Notes under the pieces: generated by a model
What the model was told of the DNA's origin: nothing
Databases searched by the model: none
What the model saw: the letters and a program-made list of their open reading frames with translations, nothing else
DNA from: Azolla caroliniana
Taxonomy: Eukaryota; Plantae; Polypodiophyta
Length of the DNA: 64,000 nt
Direction: 5' to 3'
Assembly (NCBI GenBank): GCA_043228905.1
Contig: JBHGNT010000020.1
Location: forward strand, 2,666,001 to 2,730,000
Shown here: positions 33,301 to 46,824 of the stretch, one piece after another
Layout: the number at the start of each line of letters is the position of its first letter
How positions within the stretch are numbered: the stretch's first letter is position 1
Position numbers and translations under genes: made by a program

Positions 33301-36256
33301 CGAACACGTGAAATTCTTTACTCCAATCTGGAGGTTGTACTACCGGTGCCTGCGACAATAGTACCTTGAGGGCCTTATACGCCCTATCCTCAGTATCGGT
33401 CCACTGGAATGGTGTCCGATGTACGACGGCATGCAACGGTGTAGCCAGGTTGGCCAAGTATCGGAGCATCCGGCTGTGCCACCGGATCTGGCCTAAGAAC
33501 CGGCTTAATGCCTTTGCCGTTGCCAGCGCCGGTGCTTCTAATATGGCTTTCACTTTGTCCGGGTCGACTGCAATACCTTCCTGGCTCACGATATGTCCTA
33601 ATAAAGTTCCACTGGACACGCCAAATACACACTTTGCCGGATTCAAGCTTAGTCAGTACGCTCTACACTTTTCTAGACAAAGATGGAGGTGCTGAAAATG
33701 GTCCTCCTCTCGGCTATAGACGGCGAAATCGTCAAGGAAAACCTGCATAAAAGCCGGTATATATTCACCAAAGATTTCCATGATGATTCGTTGAAATGTT
33801 GCCGGTGCCGTTTTGAGTCCGAACATCATCACCACGGCCACAAACACCCCCCATTCGGTGATGAATGCCGTTTTCTCTTGGTCGTCGGGGTGCATCCGGA
33901 TCTGATTATACCCGCTGAATCCGTCTAGGAAGCTATAGACCTCGTGGCCGGCGACGGCATCCAACACTCCATCTGTGAACGGAAGTGGAAACGCATCCGT
34001 TACCGTAGCCGCATTGAGTTTCCGGTAGTCCACGCAAACTCGAATTTTTCCGTTCTTCTTCGGTATGACTACGATCGGGCTCAGCCATGTCGCTTTCTTT
34101 ACCGGACGGATAAAGCCAACTCTTAGCAGTTTGTCGATTTCTTCCTTGACATTGGCAGCATAATTGGGATTCATCCGATACCGTCTTTGTGCCACTAGTT
34201 TTGCGTCCTTGCTCAAGTGCACTTGATGCTGGTATAACTGAGGGTCGAGTCCTCGCATGTCTTCGTATGACCAGGCGAATACGTCGCGAAATTCCGTGAG
34301 AAGTGTTATCATCGCCGTTTTGTCTCCGGACTTCATCTCCTTGGCGATGTGCACCGGTTTTGCTTCGTCCGTGGTGCCTAAATTCACCTCTTCCAGTTGC
34401 GATGCTTTTACACGCTGTGAAACGGCCATTTCCCGTTCCAACGCTTCCTGCGCTTGCCGTAACTCCCGGATTGCGTCTTTATCCGGTTCTGCTTCCGCCT
34501 CTTCCGGTTGCGGTAAGTACGGTGCTACGGCTTCGGCAATGTCAATTTCGAAGAGGGGTATGATCTTCGGGTTTTCCTGCAGGTATTGAGCTTCTTCTTC
34601 GTCCGCTAACCCTTCTAGCATGTTGACGCATTCCGCATACAACGGTGTACATTCCTTGCCAGTGCTCGTCCTTGGTTGTGTTGGTACCCGTACCTTGGCT
34701 TTTCCTCGCCGGAAGGTAATTATATTTTTTCGCCAATTCTGTTTGATATGTGCCGTTTTCAACCATGGCCGCCCCAGCAATAGCGGGTATGCACCTTGTG
34801 CCTGCAATTGTAGCACTACGGCCGAGATGTGAAATGTATGCCCGCCAACGGTGACTTCTAATTTCCGTATTAATCCTGTCGGCCGCACTGAGCTTGTATT
34901 GGCCATCCGCAACCAGAACGGACACGGCTCCCACTCGTGGATTCCTAGGTCATCACACGTCCGAAGGCTTATTACATTTACCCTAGAGCCTCCGTCTATA
35001 ACTGTGCCGGGGAGTTCTTTCCCTTTTACAATGGCAGTGATTACCGGACTGCTGGTGTCTACCACTGTTGGTCCCTCCTCCGGATTCGAGAAGAGTACCG
35101 GTGCCGGTGATGGTTCTCCTGCCGTCATGGCCGTCTTCAGTCCTTCCGTGAATCTAGGCACGAGTTGTAGGAGTCTTCCTAGTGGTAACATAATCTGGCA
35201 TTCTTGCAACGCCTGCCATGTCTCGTTCTCGGAGTGACTACCGCCGGCAAGCCCTGCGGTGTTCTCCTTTTGCTGCTGTAAGTCTGTGACATTCTGCTCG
35301 TTTGCTTTCTTTACCCATTCCGTTGCTTGTTTGCGGATGGTCTCCTGTGTCTCCCATTCTTTGGCCATGCCCTTTGACCTTTTGGTCACCTGTTGCAGGT
35401 CTGCCACCTCAGGGACTACCATATTTACCGCTGGTCGTTTTTCATAGCTCTTCACCGGGCATTGGTTACTATAATGGCCTTCCTGTCGGCAGTAGTAGCA
35501 GTAGGCTTTTCGGGCATTGCTAGATTCGGCATTGTCTGTTGTACCCGGGGCAGGTCCTACGGCACGCGCGGGGTTTTGTATCGGTTGGTTACTTGGAGCT
35601 CCTTGTTCCGGATCCCGGGGGTAGCCGCCTTTTTTAAAATGCCGTTTTTTGTTAAAGCTCTTCTTATTACGGTACTCTTGACGGGGTTGCCCGTTATATC
35701 TGCCGTATTCCTCCCGTTGCTGACGATACCCGGGGGAGTGCTCCCGGTCGTACTGTTCGTATCGTCTATTGTAATCCTGGTACCGATCATGCCGGTCATA
35801 GTTATCTCGCCGATCACCGTACCGGACATCATTTTCCCGTCGCTCGCCATACCGGACATCATTTTCTCGTCGCTCTCCATACCGGACATCCTGTGCCGGT
35901 CGGTCACGGTCCATTCGCCGCCAGCGTTCGTCTTCTTCATCCCGGCTGCTGCGTGGCTCAATTTGTCGGACGGGCGGTGCTTGCCGAGTCAACAGATTAT
36001 ACTCGCACCTATCCGTCGTATGGCTCTTGGATTGACAGATTACACATTGCATCCTCATAGTGCATTCTAGAGCCGAGTGTCCGGAATTCAAGCAGGTTGT
36101 GCACTGTATTGCTTGCCGAAACCGGAGGTCTTCATCGGATGGTAACGCTCGTTGAAGTGCGCCTAGTGTGAGCCAGGAGCTTGTCTTTTCCATCTCTTTT
36201 TTAAGATTGCTTAAAGTGTGTGGCACTTGATCGGGGGTTGTTTGGGGTGGACTCAA
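30356..36256 (-). pseudogene. pol: gag-pol of D (zinc knuckles, PR, RT, RH, INT) in one frame with stops, split by a solo LTR
   Basis: CYYCRQEGHYSNQC, VIDGGS, FLDGFSGYNQI, FLDDFAV, VDASDIAIG, WGLDFVGP, SDQGGHF; KLHSA|LWAYR restored across the solo LTR; WSGPY; no capsid domain recognised at the N-terminus. Confidence 0.92.
30947..32055. mobile_element. Solo LTR (1109 bp), TGTCGTG...CACGACA termini, TSD GCGC
   Basis: 7-bp terminal inverted repeat; TSD 30943-30946/32056-32059; removal restores the D integrase frame. Confidence 0.9.
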
Positions 36257-37206
36257 GTTTAGATCTTATTTGTATGTCTAAACATAAGTAGTGATATAGT
36301 TTTAGAAGAATAGAAAAGTGAGGGCGTGGGTGGGGGTTAGGGGAGTGTAGCTTGTTGAAGTTATCAAAAGTATTTAAACCTAATCAAAGTTTTTAGAACA
36401 TATTAAAGATCATTGGGATAACTTAAGTTATTAGACAACAATAAAGTACTATTAAAACACCAATATAGAGTATTATTAAAACAGGACCACACGCTTAGAT
36501 GAACGGGAGTTGTTTAAACACACGCTTAAGCAAACACTTAAAAGAAAGATTATTATAAAAAATAAAAATAAAAATAAAAATAGAAAAGAGAGATTGAGAT
36601 TAAAAAATGATTATGGTTAAGAAGGGATTATGATTAAGGGGGAAGGGGTTGCTAAACAAAGTACTTAAACGAATGTTTAAACAAATATTTAGATAAGAAA
36701 ACACTTGGGTAGACACTTAACGCAAGGTTATGATTAAAAGAGAAGGGAGGGATTATGGTTAAAGAAAAGGGGTCATGGTTGAGAAGAGAATGATTATGAT
36801 TAAGAGAGGAGAATACTTAAACAAATGTTTAAACAAAAAGTTAAACCAAAAAATGATTGAACAAGTACTTAAAAAAAGGGGTTAAACAAGTACATAATAA
36901 AAATGATTATTAAACAAGTACTTAATAGAAAATGATTAAATAAATACTTAAAAACTTAAGACAAAATTTTTTTGATAAAAAAGTGATTAAACAAGTACTT
37001 AATAAAAATTTATTAAATAAGTACTTAAGAACTTAAGACAAAAAATTAGATAAGAGCAACACATAGAAGGAAAGAAAGTTTTACTATCATAAGGCAACGA
37101 TCGGCAAATGCATTTCGCCTCGATGGAGGCTCTTCAGTGCCCGATGTACAAATGATCCACCACCCCCCACCCCTCAATGCTTGTCTTGTTCTTCATGATC
37201 TCTCAC

Positions 37207-40200
37207 GCCCTCATGTCGATGCACTACCAAGGGATCTGGAGGTGTCGCAATATTGTTTCGAAGGGAGCTACATAATAGGATAGAAATACTGAGCATAGAC
37301 CCAGAAGCTCATTTTATGTGGGTGAAAGTCTCCACAAGCAAGGACAAGGCAGTATTTTTCGCCATTTGTTACTTCCCCCCGAAAGGCTCTCGTTATAATT
37401 TGGCTGACGAGGCGAGATTAGTTGATGAAGGAGTGCCACATTGGCCTTCCCCATACGAACCTCTATCGGATGACATAGTCTGATATTCTTCCCAAGGAGA
37501 AGTATTCCTTGTAGGAGACTTTAATGCGAGAACCCAATCTCGACAATGCACAATATTTCAAATGAATAGAAACCTAGAAATGGTAAATGTCGATCTTTTA
37601 GACATAGGCACCACACGTAGATCAAAGGATCAAGGTGCGGACACCACGAGCTTTGGCCATCATTTGCTCGAACTTGCCAGTCGGCACCAGATGGTCATAT
37701 ATAATGGTTTAGCCAAGTGGCCAGGTTCGGAAGAGCTTACATGTTTCCCACATGGAGGAGGGGAAATCACAGTTGATTATCTAATAGGACGCCCTGAAGC
37801 TACCCACATGGTTAACTCCTTCCGAGTGGCCCCATGTCCTATTGGCGCGGACCATAGTTTCTTATACTTCGAGCTAAAATGCGATATCTCTAACGTCACC
37901 AACTCTAGTCAACCACGCCATGACATCACAATACATTTCACACATGAGCTCTTTGACATATATGCTCGACATGTTCAAGCCCATCTCTCCTCCCTTGATC
38001 CCTCCCTACCTTTAGAGAGCCTTAGTATGAAACTCACACACATCCTTCACTCTGCAGCAGTTAGCAGTTTCCCATACATGAAACACTGCAATCAAGGTAA
38101 AGTAGGATTTATGCCACAAAATAGATGGTATGATGAGGATTGTAGGTGCTTACATAGACAACTTACAATATCGTAACTCAGTGGTAGTATTACCTCAGTA
38201 CAAGATCGTAAAGAAATGCGCAAGATGACACATCGTAAGAGACGAGCATGGGAGGCATCCCAATATTGGGAACTCTACCATACGCTCATGAGTAGCGATT
38301 GTGCCACTGCATGGAAGAGATTATGGGAACCAAGACCACAAACACCCATCGAAGATCCCGAAACTTGGCACACTTATACAGAGAGACTTTACCAAATCCC
38401 AAACCAACCACCCATTCCAATGCCTTCTACACCCCGACCTACTGTGGGGACACTCTTCATGACCTCTAGGGTCACGAAGGTCATAAAGAAATTACAACAT
38501 AGGAAGTCCATGGACCACACAAGATTGTGAGCAGAACACATCATATATGCGAGAGAGTGCCTAGCTCCCTTGCTAACTTTAATCTTCAATCGCGCCCTCG
38601 CAGAGGGTTTTCCACCACAATGGACCATGAACACAGTGGCCCCCATACATAAAGGGGGGGACCCCATGGACCCAAATACTCATAGGACCATTATGATAGG
38701 TCATACCCTTGCTAAATTATATGGTGCAGTAATGGAGGCAGAGCTTAGCGATTATATGGAGACCTTAAATCTTCGTGTACCTGAACGTGCTGGCTTTAGA
38801 CGAACGTTCTCCACTATTGATCAGATCTTCACACTTAGATGCTTAATTGACCAGACTAAGGCTCGCAAGAAGAAACTATATTGTTGTTTTGTGGACTTCC
38901 ACAAAGCCTTTGACACGGTCCCTAGAGAGTGGTTGTTTGATAGGCTTAAGAGCTTGAGGATACCAGATGACATGGTTTGGGCCATCTACGCACTATATGA
39001 ACAAGTGTCCGGGTGTGTTCGATGCCCAGGTGGCATATCCGATAGTTTCACTAGCACTATTGGTGTAAAACAAGGTTGCCCCTTATCTCTGACTCTTTTT
39101 GGGATCTACATTGATGAGATCATAGATTTTATTGCTCGTAAGGGAGGCAATGGAGTAGTTCTTGGGGATACGCAGGTGCGTATCTTGCTCTATGCAGACG
39201 ACATAGTTTTGCTCTCTGAATCCGAACATGACCTACAAAGGCACCTTAATGCCTTAGATGACTTTTGCACACAACGAGGATTGGTAGTGAATCTAGGGAA
39301 AATTAAAGTCCTTATCTTCCACACGTCGGCCCAAGTTAGAGCTAAGTGTCACCTAATTATCTCCCATAGCCCAGTTGAGGTGGTTGGATCATATGTCTAT
39401 CCCGGAGTCACTTTCAATGCCTGCTCAGGTAAATTTTTGATGACACAAGCAGCGAAGGATAGACTTACAAGAGGACATGCATCCCTCTCACTCCTCGAGA
39501 GACAATGCCACCAAGCATACTTCCAAGAGCCACGAACTAAAGGGTGGCTCTTTGACTCATTAGTGACTCCCTCTCTCATGTATGCATCAACGGTTTGGGC
39601 TCCAAGACTACCATCTTTCATGTGGACGAAATTAGAGAGACCATTGGTGATGATGTTATCACGCCAACTCCGAAGCAAATCGTCGGTCCCACATGACAAT
39701 ATTAGGGCTGAGTTCACTCTATCCCCTATGTTAGTAGAAGCACTTTTTCAACTTGTAGTCTTTATCCACAAGATACTTAACCAACCACTTGATAGAATAT
39801 CCCATCAATCCTTTAAGGCTTCTCGAGCAATGTATGAGTCAGGTTATACTAGCTCATGGTATGACATGATGGTGAGTTGGCTTCTTGCCAACAGTCTAGA
39901 CATTAATAACCCCCCCCCCCCTCTGAGTACGACCACACGACTGATAACACTTTAATCTCTCATGAGGACCGTAATAAAGTAATACGCCAAGAAATATGAC
40001 AAATTTATACTCAGTATAAATGGATCACCCCACTAGAGCCACTCCCATCTAAAATGTCGTACTATAAGGAACACTTTATGCACTTCTCTAAGTTAGGTTT
40101 TATTACGCGGCCAAGATATCTTGATGTATTCTTACCACATGCACTAAGGGTTGCCATTGGTCAACTTAGAATATCATCTCACCAACTTGAGATTGAGAAT

Positions 40201-40931
40201 GGATGTACTAATGGAGTCCCTAGGGAGGAAAGGATATGTAGGTTATGCCACATAGAGATAGAGGATGAGTACCATTTTACATGCAAATGCCCCACCTATG
40301 CCGAGATAAGGGCAAAATACCAAGACATACTTGGTTCCTCTCCCACCCTCCCTAAACTATTAAATACACTAGATATAAAGAAATTAGGTAGATACATCTT
40401 AGAATTGAAATAACACAGAGAGAATAAGTTACAAAACATTGATAATAATGTTGCTAATGTTTACCAACATGTGACAAATGAAGTTTTTCAGGAACAGGGG
40501 GAGACAATGAATGTCGACACACCTGCACCACTCGGGCTTTTCCTTGATGAAGCAGAAAATCAAAAAAGAACCAAACGCCCTTGAATGCCGGGTTTCAAAG
40601 CAACTCGACAAGATTTAGAAGCAATAAAGAAAATAAGGGAACGTGAACTACACCGCCTAGAAGCCATGGCTAGGGCACTCTATACACCGGAACCATGGGT
40701 CACACCCACACCAAAAACTTTTGACTTCCCACTTCTTTTTGAGAGACTTGGGTGGAAATGAGATTAGGCTTAGTGCAAAGTTTTGTACACTACTAGAACT
40801 CTCTTAGCTTAAGCTATTTTCTTTTATTTTAGTTTTGATGATTGGATAAACACTCATTTTTGTTGTGAACCAATTGTCTCATGGGCCAAATTTGGCCTTA
40901 GAAGACGTTAATATATCTTTCTTTCTTTCTT
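37207..40931 (+). mobile_element. 5'-truncated LINE (RTE-X/L2-like ORF2) inserted in the J 5' LTR; TSD TCTCAC; (TTTC)n tail
   Basis: VGDFNAR, TVDYLI, ADHS, CFVDFHKAFDTV, GVKQGCPLS, YADDIV, RISSHQLEIE..CRLC..EDEYHF; TSD 37201-37206/40932-40937. Confidence 0.93.
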
Positions 40932-43900
40932 TCTCACCATTATCATCACACATACATTATCAATCTACCATGATTGTTAACCCTATTCCTATCTTTATCA
41001 TTATCATAATTTACCCTAACCCTAAAATGTACAACACCTTTTGGCGACCACTAAGGCGATCCCCCTTTGGAGACGGAGTCAAAGAATGATACGCGGCGAT
41101 GCAAGCCATAACGACTAAGTGCAAACATGCAAATGACGATGACAATGTTCGGTAAAAGTATGAGCAAGTGAAGCAGGAAATGACATATTCTCTACTGCAC
41201 GATTTCGCTGCGAACGATGAGGATAAATGGAAGAAGACAGGGAAGATGAAGAAGCAAATGAAACAACGTCTACAGAAAGAAAAACAAGGAAAAATAAAGA
41301 AGCATAGAAACGAACAAAGAACAGAAAGTTACTGCTAAACCGGACAGATCTAGTCCGATGGAGATGCCCAATAATGATAGACACTTAACTGAGGATGACG
41401 AACGACTGCTTGTGGACCAAACAGAGATGATGGAGAAAGATCGATCGACACGGACCGGATCGGACCCGCTGAGTGACGGACGATGTAATAGAGATGAACG
41501 GCGATCGAACCACTAACAACCGAATGGAGGTGGCCAAGACAATGATGGAAAAGGCCGTAGAGGCCGGAAGGCGGTGGCCACACTGATGGTCGAACAACGG
41601 AGATGAAAACACACAAAGAGACGAGACAACGACCGAGACAGCCGGACATAGAGATGGGAACATTGACGACCAAACAATGGCTAACATTAAGATGGCCTTT
41701 ACGACAACCAGAGCGGTGGCAGCCGAACATAAGTAGTCGGATGATTGACAGAAACGGTCAAATAGACAGAAATATCCCGGAATGGCAGGAAACTGGCTGG
41801 AATACCCGGACATTGGCCCGAGTGGTTGGGGCAGCCAGATAGTGGCTGGAGGGTCGGACAAGGCCTGGAAAACAGTCAAGAAGACTACTAATGGCCATAT
41901 AGCGACCAAGAAGACCGACGATGGAACGACGCCGACGCCGACGCCAACGAAGCCAGAGACGGCAAGCAAAGATGACAACCAATGGATGCCTGGAAAGTCG
42001 AATGGCCGGCCGAACAAATGGCCAAACGGTCGGAGCGACAAACAACAGCGGCTGAGTCAACCGGAGAGACAGAGAAAGAGCACGGAAGACGAACGCTGAA
42101 TGGAGAAGTCGAACAACGGCAGAGACTGACGGAAATGGAAATGGACGGCGTCGGAGACAAACGACACCGGGAACGCTGAACAGAGATGGATGGATGACAA
42201 CGATAGAACAAGAAAACATAAACAAACAGTCGGACATGGCGGCAAGGGCAACCACACAAATCATATGGAGGCAGTGCAGAGGAAGCCATTACAACTATTG
42301 CACAACGAGCGACATAGGAAAACAAAGAAGAAGGAGAAGGAGAGAACAGGAGCAAGAGAAGAAGCAGAAATGTCTACTACGACACCAATAGAAGAAAACT
42401 TGAGGGAAGAAAAGAACAAAGGAAACGAAGAAGTGGCATGAGGAACAAGAAAGCGAAGAAGGACAACACGCAAGAAGAAGAAAAAATGGAAGAAAGGAAT
42501 ATGGAAGAAGAGAGATAGATAGACAAGAGGATGAAGTCACATAGAGAATAAGAAAAAACAGAACCATGAGAGAAAGAACAATAAAAGTAGACAGAAAACA
42601 AAAAAAAGAGAGGGAAAAATGGAGATAAGGGCATTTGCGAAAATTTTAAATTTTTTGTGGGTATCAAACATAAATTTAAAAAACATGAGGGTACATGATA
42701 GAATTTAAAAAAATCAAGGGCACCTATGGAATTTCGAAAACTCATTAACCTAAAAGAAATGAACACGATCCACATGCGACTCACAAGATACAAAGAAGAA
42801 CACACATACATACAACGTTTTTTTGACGACCCAAATGATGTTACCGAAGTTCGTGAATCGACAAAACGGGAATGTTCGTGTCGATGAAGATTCGCTGACT
42901 GACGGAGATGTTCGAGTCAAGCGCTCCGATCGAGGGAGTCGATCGTTGATGTTACCGAAGTTCGTGAACGACAGAATGAGAAGGTTCGTGTCGATGAAGA
43001 TTCACTGACCGGCAAAGATGTTCGAGTCGAGCACGCCGATCAAGGGAGTTGATCGTTGAGAGGACCGATGGAAGTTCCGGTCGAAGAAAGATTATGATCA
43101 AGGCATGTGGGATCGACGTGGAAGGCACTCTCCCACGGGCGTGCCATATTGTGTTACCATATGAGACGTACGTGTGATTGATAAGTGTGATAAGTGAGGG
43201 TGAAAGATGTAATGTGTTGATATGTATGTGTAATCTTATACGATTATGAGTGTGAATGTAAGTGTGAGTGTGGTGGATACAAAGAGGTGTGAGTGAGTGA
43301 CTAGGTGTGAATGCCCAAGGGGCTTGCACCCTTGTATAACTATTTAACTCCTTATGGGGAATGAATGGACAATAACCATTTCTCTCTCTCTCTCTCTCTC
43401 TCTCTTCCCTAACGTTGAACCCCCTTGGGAGGGGGGTGGATCCATTCTAGGCACCACCCCCCATCCCTCAATGCTTGTCTTGTTCTTCATGATCTCTCAC
43501 CATCATCATCACACATACATTATCAATCTACCATGATTGTTAACCCTATTCCTATCTTTATAATTATCATCATTTACCCTAACCCTAAAACGTACAACAT
43601 TGGGGTGGGGGGTGAAGCCATTCTCCCAAGGGGGTTACGATAGTGAGAGAGCTTGAGAGAAAGATAAATTGAAAGTGACACAAAATGAGAGGGGAAAAAT
43701 GTATATCTCATTACATACCCCATAGGGGGTTTATATAATACATCCAATGTAACGGTTACATGATCGTTAAAATGAGACCATTACACATTCTTGTACACAT
43801 GCACATAATTGTGCATGTGTCCATACACATACTAATCCTCACACACTCATTTACTTTACACATACACATCAACCACATCATTACACATACCCTTATGCCT

Positions 43901-46139
43901 CCCCGTATATTCTTACGGGTAACAGGCTCTCGGTACTTCATCACATTTGTCGATGACTATATACGGAAAGTTTGGACCTACTCGATTAGGTCGAAAGAAG
44001 AACCGCTCAAAGTCTTCACTCACAGGTTAGTCGAAGTGGAGAACCGATTGGGATACCGAGTGAAGACACTTCGATCTGACAACGGAGGTGAATACACCTC
44101 CCGAGCCTCAAACAGTACCTATTCGACAAAGGGATTCGACACCAAAAGATCGCTCCCTATACTCCCATGCAAAATGGTGTGGCGGAACGGATCAACCAAA
44201 TGATCCAAGAGAGATTTATGGCAATGCTCCAATAATATGGACTAAAGCTAGAATTTTGGGCTGAAGCATTGCAGATGGTAACATACCTGATAAATCTGTC
44301 ATCGTTGAAAGCAATACGGCTCGAAGTGGCACTATGGTCATGCAAACAACCGATCTACAACAGGTTCCGTATATTCGGATGCGAAGCCTACGTCTTCATC
44401 CCCAAAGATAAAAGGACCAAGTTAGAACCCCGTGCACTTAAATGTATATTTCTTGGCTATGGAACTGACGGGGGACTTCGGCTATCGGTTATGGGATCTA
44501 GAGAACCAGAAATTGATTCGGAGCAGTGACGTAGTCTTCAATGAAGACTTGATTCTCTCTGAACGAAACCAACCAAGGGTTGGCAAAAAGCTCTCCTTTG
44601 ACATCGATGGAGATGTCGTAGAAGAACTGACCCATCGGGCAGAATTGGAGATTTGACAAATAGTTGAAATCGACTGAGCCAGCAACCCCCTGCCAAATCC
44701 AAATCGGCATGGGGTCCATTAGTCAAAATTGACAATGGCTGAACCAGTGCAGTATGCCAATAGGGTCAAAGAAGGAAAACAAGATAAGACACCAAAAGAT
44801 AGAGTATAACCGACCATGGCTTCTACTCCTTCGTCAATCAAATCCAAAAGGGGGGAGAATGACTTGACATTGCTGAAATCCAATTTAAGGACATCCCACA
44901 AGACTCCTACAAATAGTTCAAGAAATATTGATAAACCGACATAGATAATCAATGAATCCGAACCAAATAACTCAGCACCTAGGAGATCCAGACGAGTTTG
45001 AAGGCCGACAGAGTTCTATCAATTGGGTCTCCACTACGTCAATTACTTGGATGCATGCAAATCAAGCTCTTACGAGGAAGCTATAGTCACGCCGGATGTC
45101 GACACATAGCTACAAGACATGAAATCCGAGATGGACTCGATTCATCAGAATCAAACATGGGAGCTTGTCGAATTACCAACTAGAAGCAAGTCGCTGCCCT
45201 ACAAATGGGTCTTCTAATACAAATATGTATATGATTTAGAGAAGCCCAAATACAAAGCTTGGCTCGTCACAAAGGGGTTCAAACAAGAACATTGGGTCGA
45301 CTACGACAAGATATTCTCACCACTAGTCAAGATGACCACCCTTCGACTCCTACTAGAGTTCTTGGCGACTGAAGACCTAGAGCTCGAGTAGCCAGATGTC
45401 AAGACGACATTCCTACATGGAGACTTGGAAGAAGACATCTATATGTCTCAACCAGCAGGCCTCACAATGACGGGGGAGGAAGGTCACCTCATATGTCAAT
45501 TGAAGAAAAGCCTTTATGGCTTAAAGCAAGTGCCGAGGATGTGGTATTAGAAATTCGATACCTACATTCGGCAGCTCGGCTACCGCCGGCAATTGGCCGA
45601 TGAGTCCCGGATCTATTTGATCCTATACATCGACTATATGCTCATTCCAGGGAGCAATCGAGCAGAGATCGGAGAACTAAAGTGGAGCCTTCATGACAAA
45701 TTTGCATTGAAGGAACTCGGACAAGCCCGACACATACTGGGCATGAAGATTGAGCGAAATCGGACGACAAAGACTCTCCCAATCGGATTACATTCGTAAG
45801 GTGCTGAAGCACTTCAACATGGAGAACGTGAAGCTAGCATCGACTCTGCTATTGATGTCTATCGGACTATCGGACAGAGACTCCCCTTCGACAGATGAGG
45901 AGATAAAACTCAATGGAAACATACCCTATGCATTGGCTATAGGAAGTATCATGTATGCAATGGTGGCGACCTGACCCGACCGTGCCTATGTCGTAGGGAT
46001 CATTGGTCGGTACATGTCAAACCTAGGATGGAAACATTGGGAGGCCGTCAAGCACATATTTAGGTATCTGAGAAGAACTAAGGATGCACAACTAACTTTT
46101 GGATCGTCCAATCCGACCTAAGTCGAAGGCTATACCGAC

Positions 46140-46824
46140 AACATCGTGGATCTTGTAAAAAGGAAGCATCTCGCGATGGAGCTGGAACCAGAGAAGTTGG
46201 TTGAGGTCAGAGTGGCGCTGCTTGACGAAGTGGCCACGGAGGACGAGCTTGCAGAAAGCCACTATACAAGGCCGCAATGGGCAAGAGCAATGACGGAAAC
46301 CCCGGTTCATATCGGGGATGTGAAGGAACCGGTGGTAGCGTTGATCGACCACGGGTTGGAAATTAACCTAATGTCCATGAACTTCTAGAAGAAGGGGAAA
46401 TGGCCGATCAACACCAAGCATGGGTGGAAGATACGTGCGGCTACGAAGGCCACAAAAGAGTTGCACGACGCATGTCCGAATGTTAGAGTAAGTGTCAAGG
46501 ACGTCGAGATAGACCAACACTTTTTTGTGCAAGACACGTCTTCCCATCCCGTCATCCTCGACGAGCCATACATCACAACAACTCGAATGGAGACCAAAGT
46601 ACTAGACAATGGTTCGGCCTACACAAGGGTAAAGAGTTAGGATGACCGTCATTCTGTCCAGTTTTTGACAGTGCGGCAGAATCATGAGCGTAATCGGAAC
46701 GCCCTCGGCAATAGCGGGCAAGAGGATATTTAGAAAGGACTATCAAGGCGTGGAGCCGCTGTCGCGAAAATACGACGAGGATACGCGAACTTGAGGCAGG
46801 ACCCCGGGGCCTCCGACCAGAGGA
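46140..46824 (+). pseudogene. Fragment of a G-family gag-protease fused to copia H RT
   Basis: IVDLVKRK..ESHYTRPQWARA..ALIDHGLEINLM aligns with G 51320-51960; GAC microhomology at the junction. Confidence 0.85.

Larger units (their letters stand above)
27279..37157 (-). mobile_element. Element D: non-chromoviral Ty3/gypsy (Phygy-like, tentative); 3' LTR 27279-27712; 5' LTR and PBS lost by deletion
   Basis: TGTTAAC...GGTAACA LTR; minus-strand gag-pol; AT-rich leader 36260-37100 fused directly onto J LTR sequence at ~37155. Confidence 0.9.
27161..43599 (+). mobile_element. Element J: non-autonomous LTR element; 5' LTR in pieces (27161-27278, ~37158-37206, 40938-41036), interior 41037-43151, 3' LTR 43152-43599; TSD TTGGG
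   Basis: The pieces match the 448-bp 3' LTR in order; TSD 27156-27160/43600-43604; PBS-like TGGCGACCACT at 41042. Confidence 0.88.
24834..43924 (-). mobile_element. Element I: non-autonomous LTR element; 3' LTR 24834-25179, interior 25180-27150, 5' LTR 27151-27160 + 43605-43924; TSD GGCTT/GGCTC
   Basis: LTR pair; TSD 24829-24833/43925-43929; PBS-like TGGCACGCCCGAAC (minus, 27146-27133); no pol; LTR shares the CCCCCTTGGGAGGGGGTG motif with J. Confidence 0.88.
23008..46139 (+). mobile_element. Copia H (heavily decayed): gag/PR ~23305-24833, INT/RT 43930-46139, split by element I
   Basis: IQKFDGKNFALWK, WVLDSGATFH, SLGG|SRYFITFVDD rejoined across [33 protein letters not shown]; left LTR boundary uncertain. 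Confidence 0.85.

Noticed and set aside
35810-35895. Three DVRYG(E/D)RR(E/D)N repeats as a novel domain
   Set aside because: Short 30-bp tandem expansion in the disordered gag linker of D.
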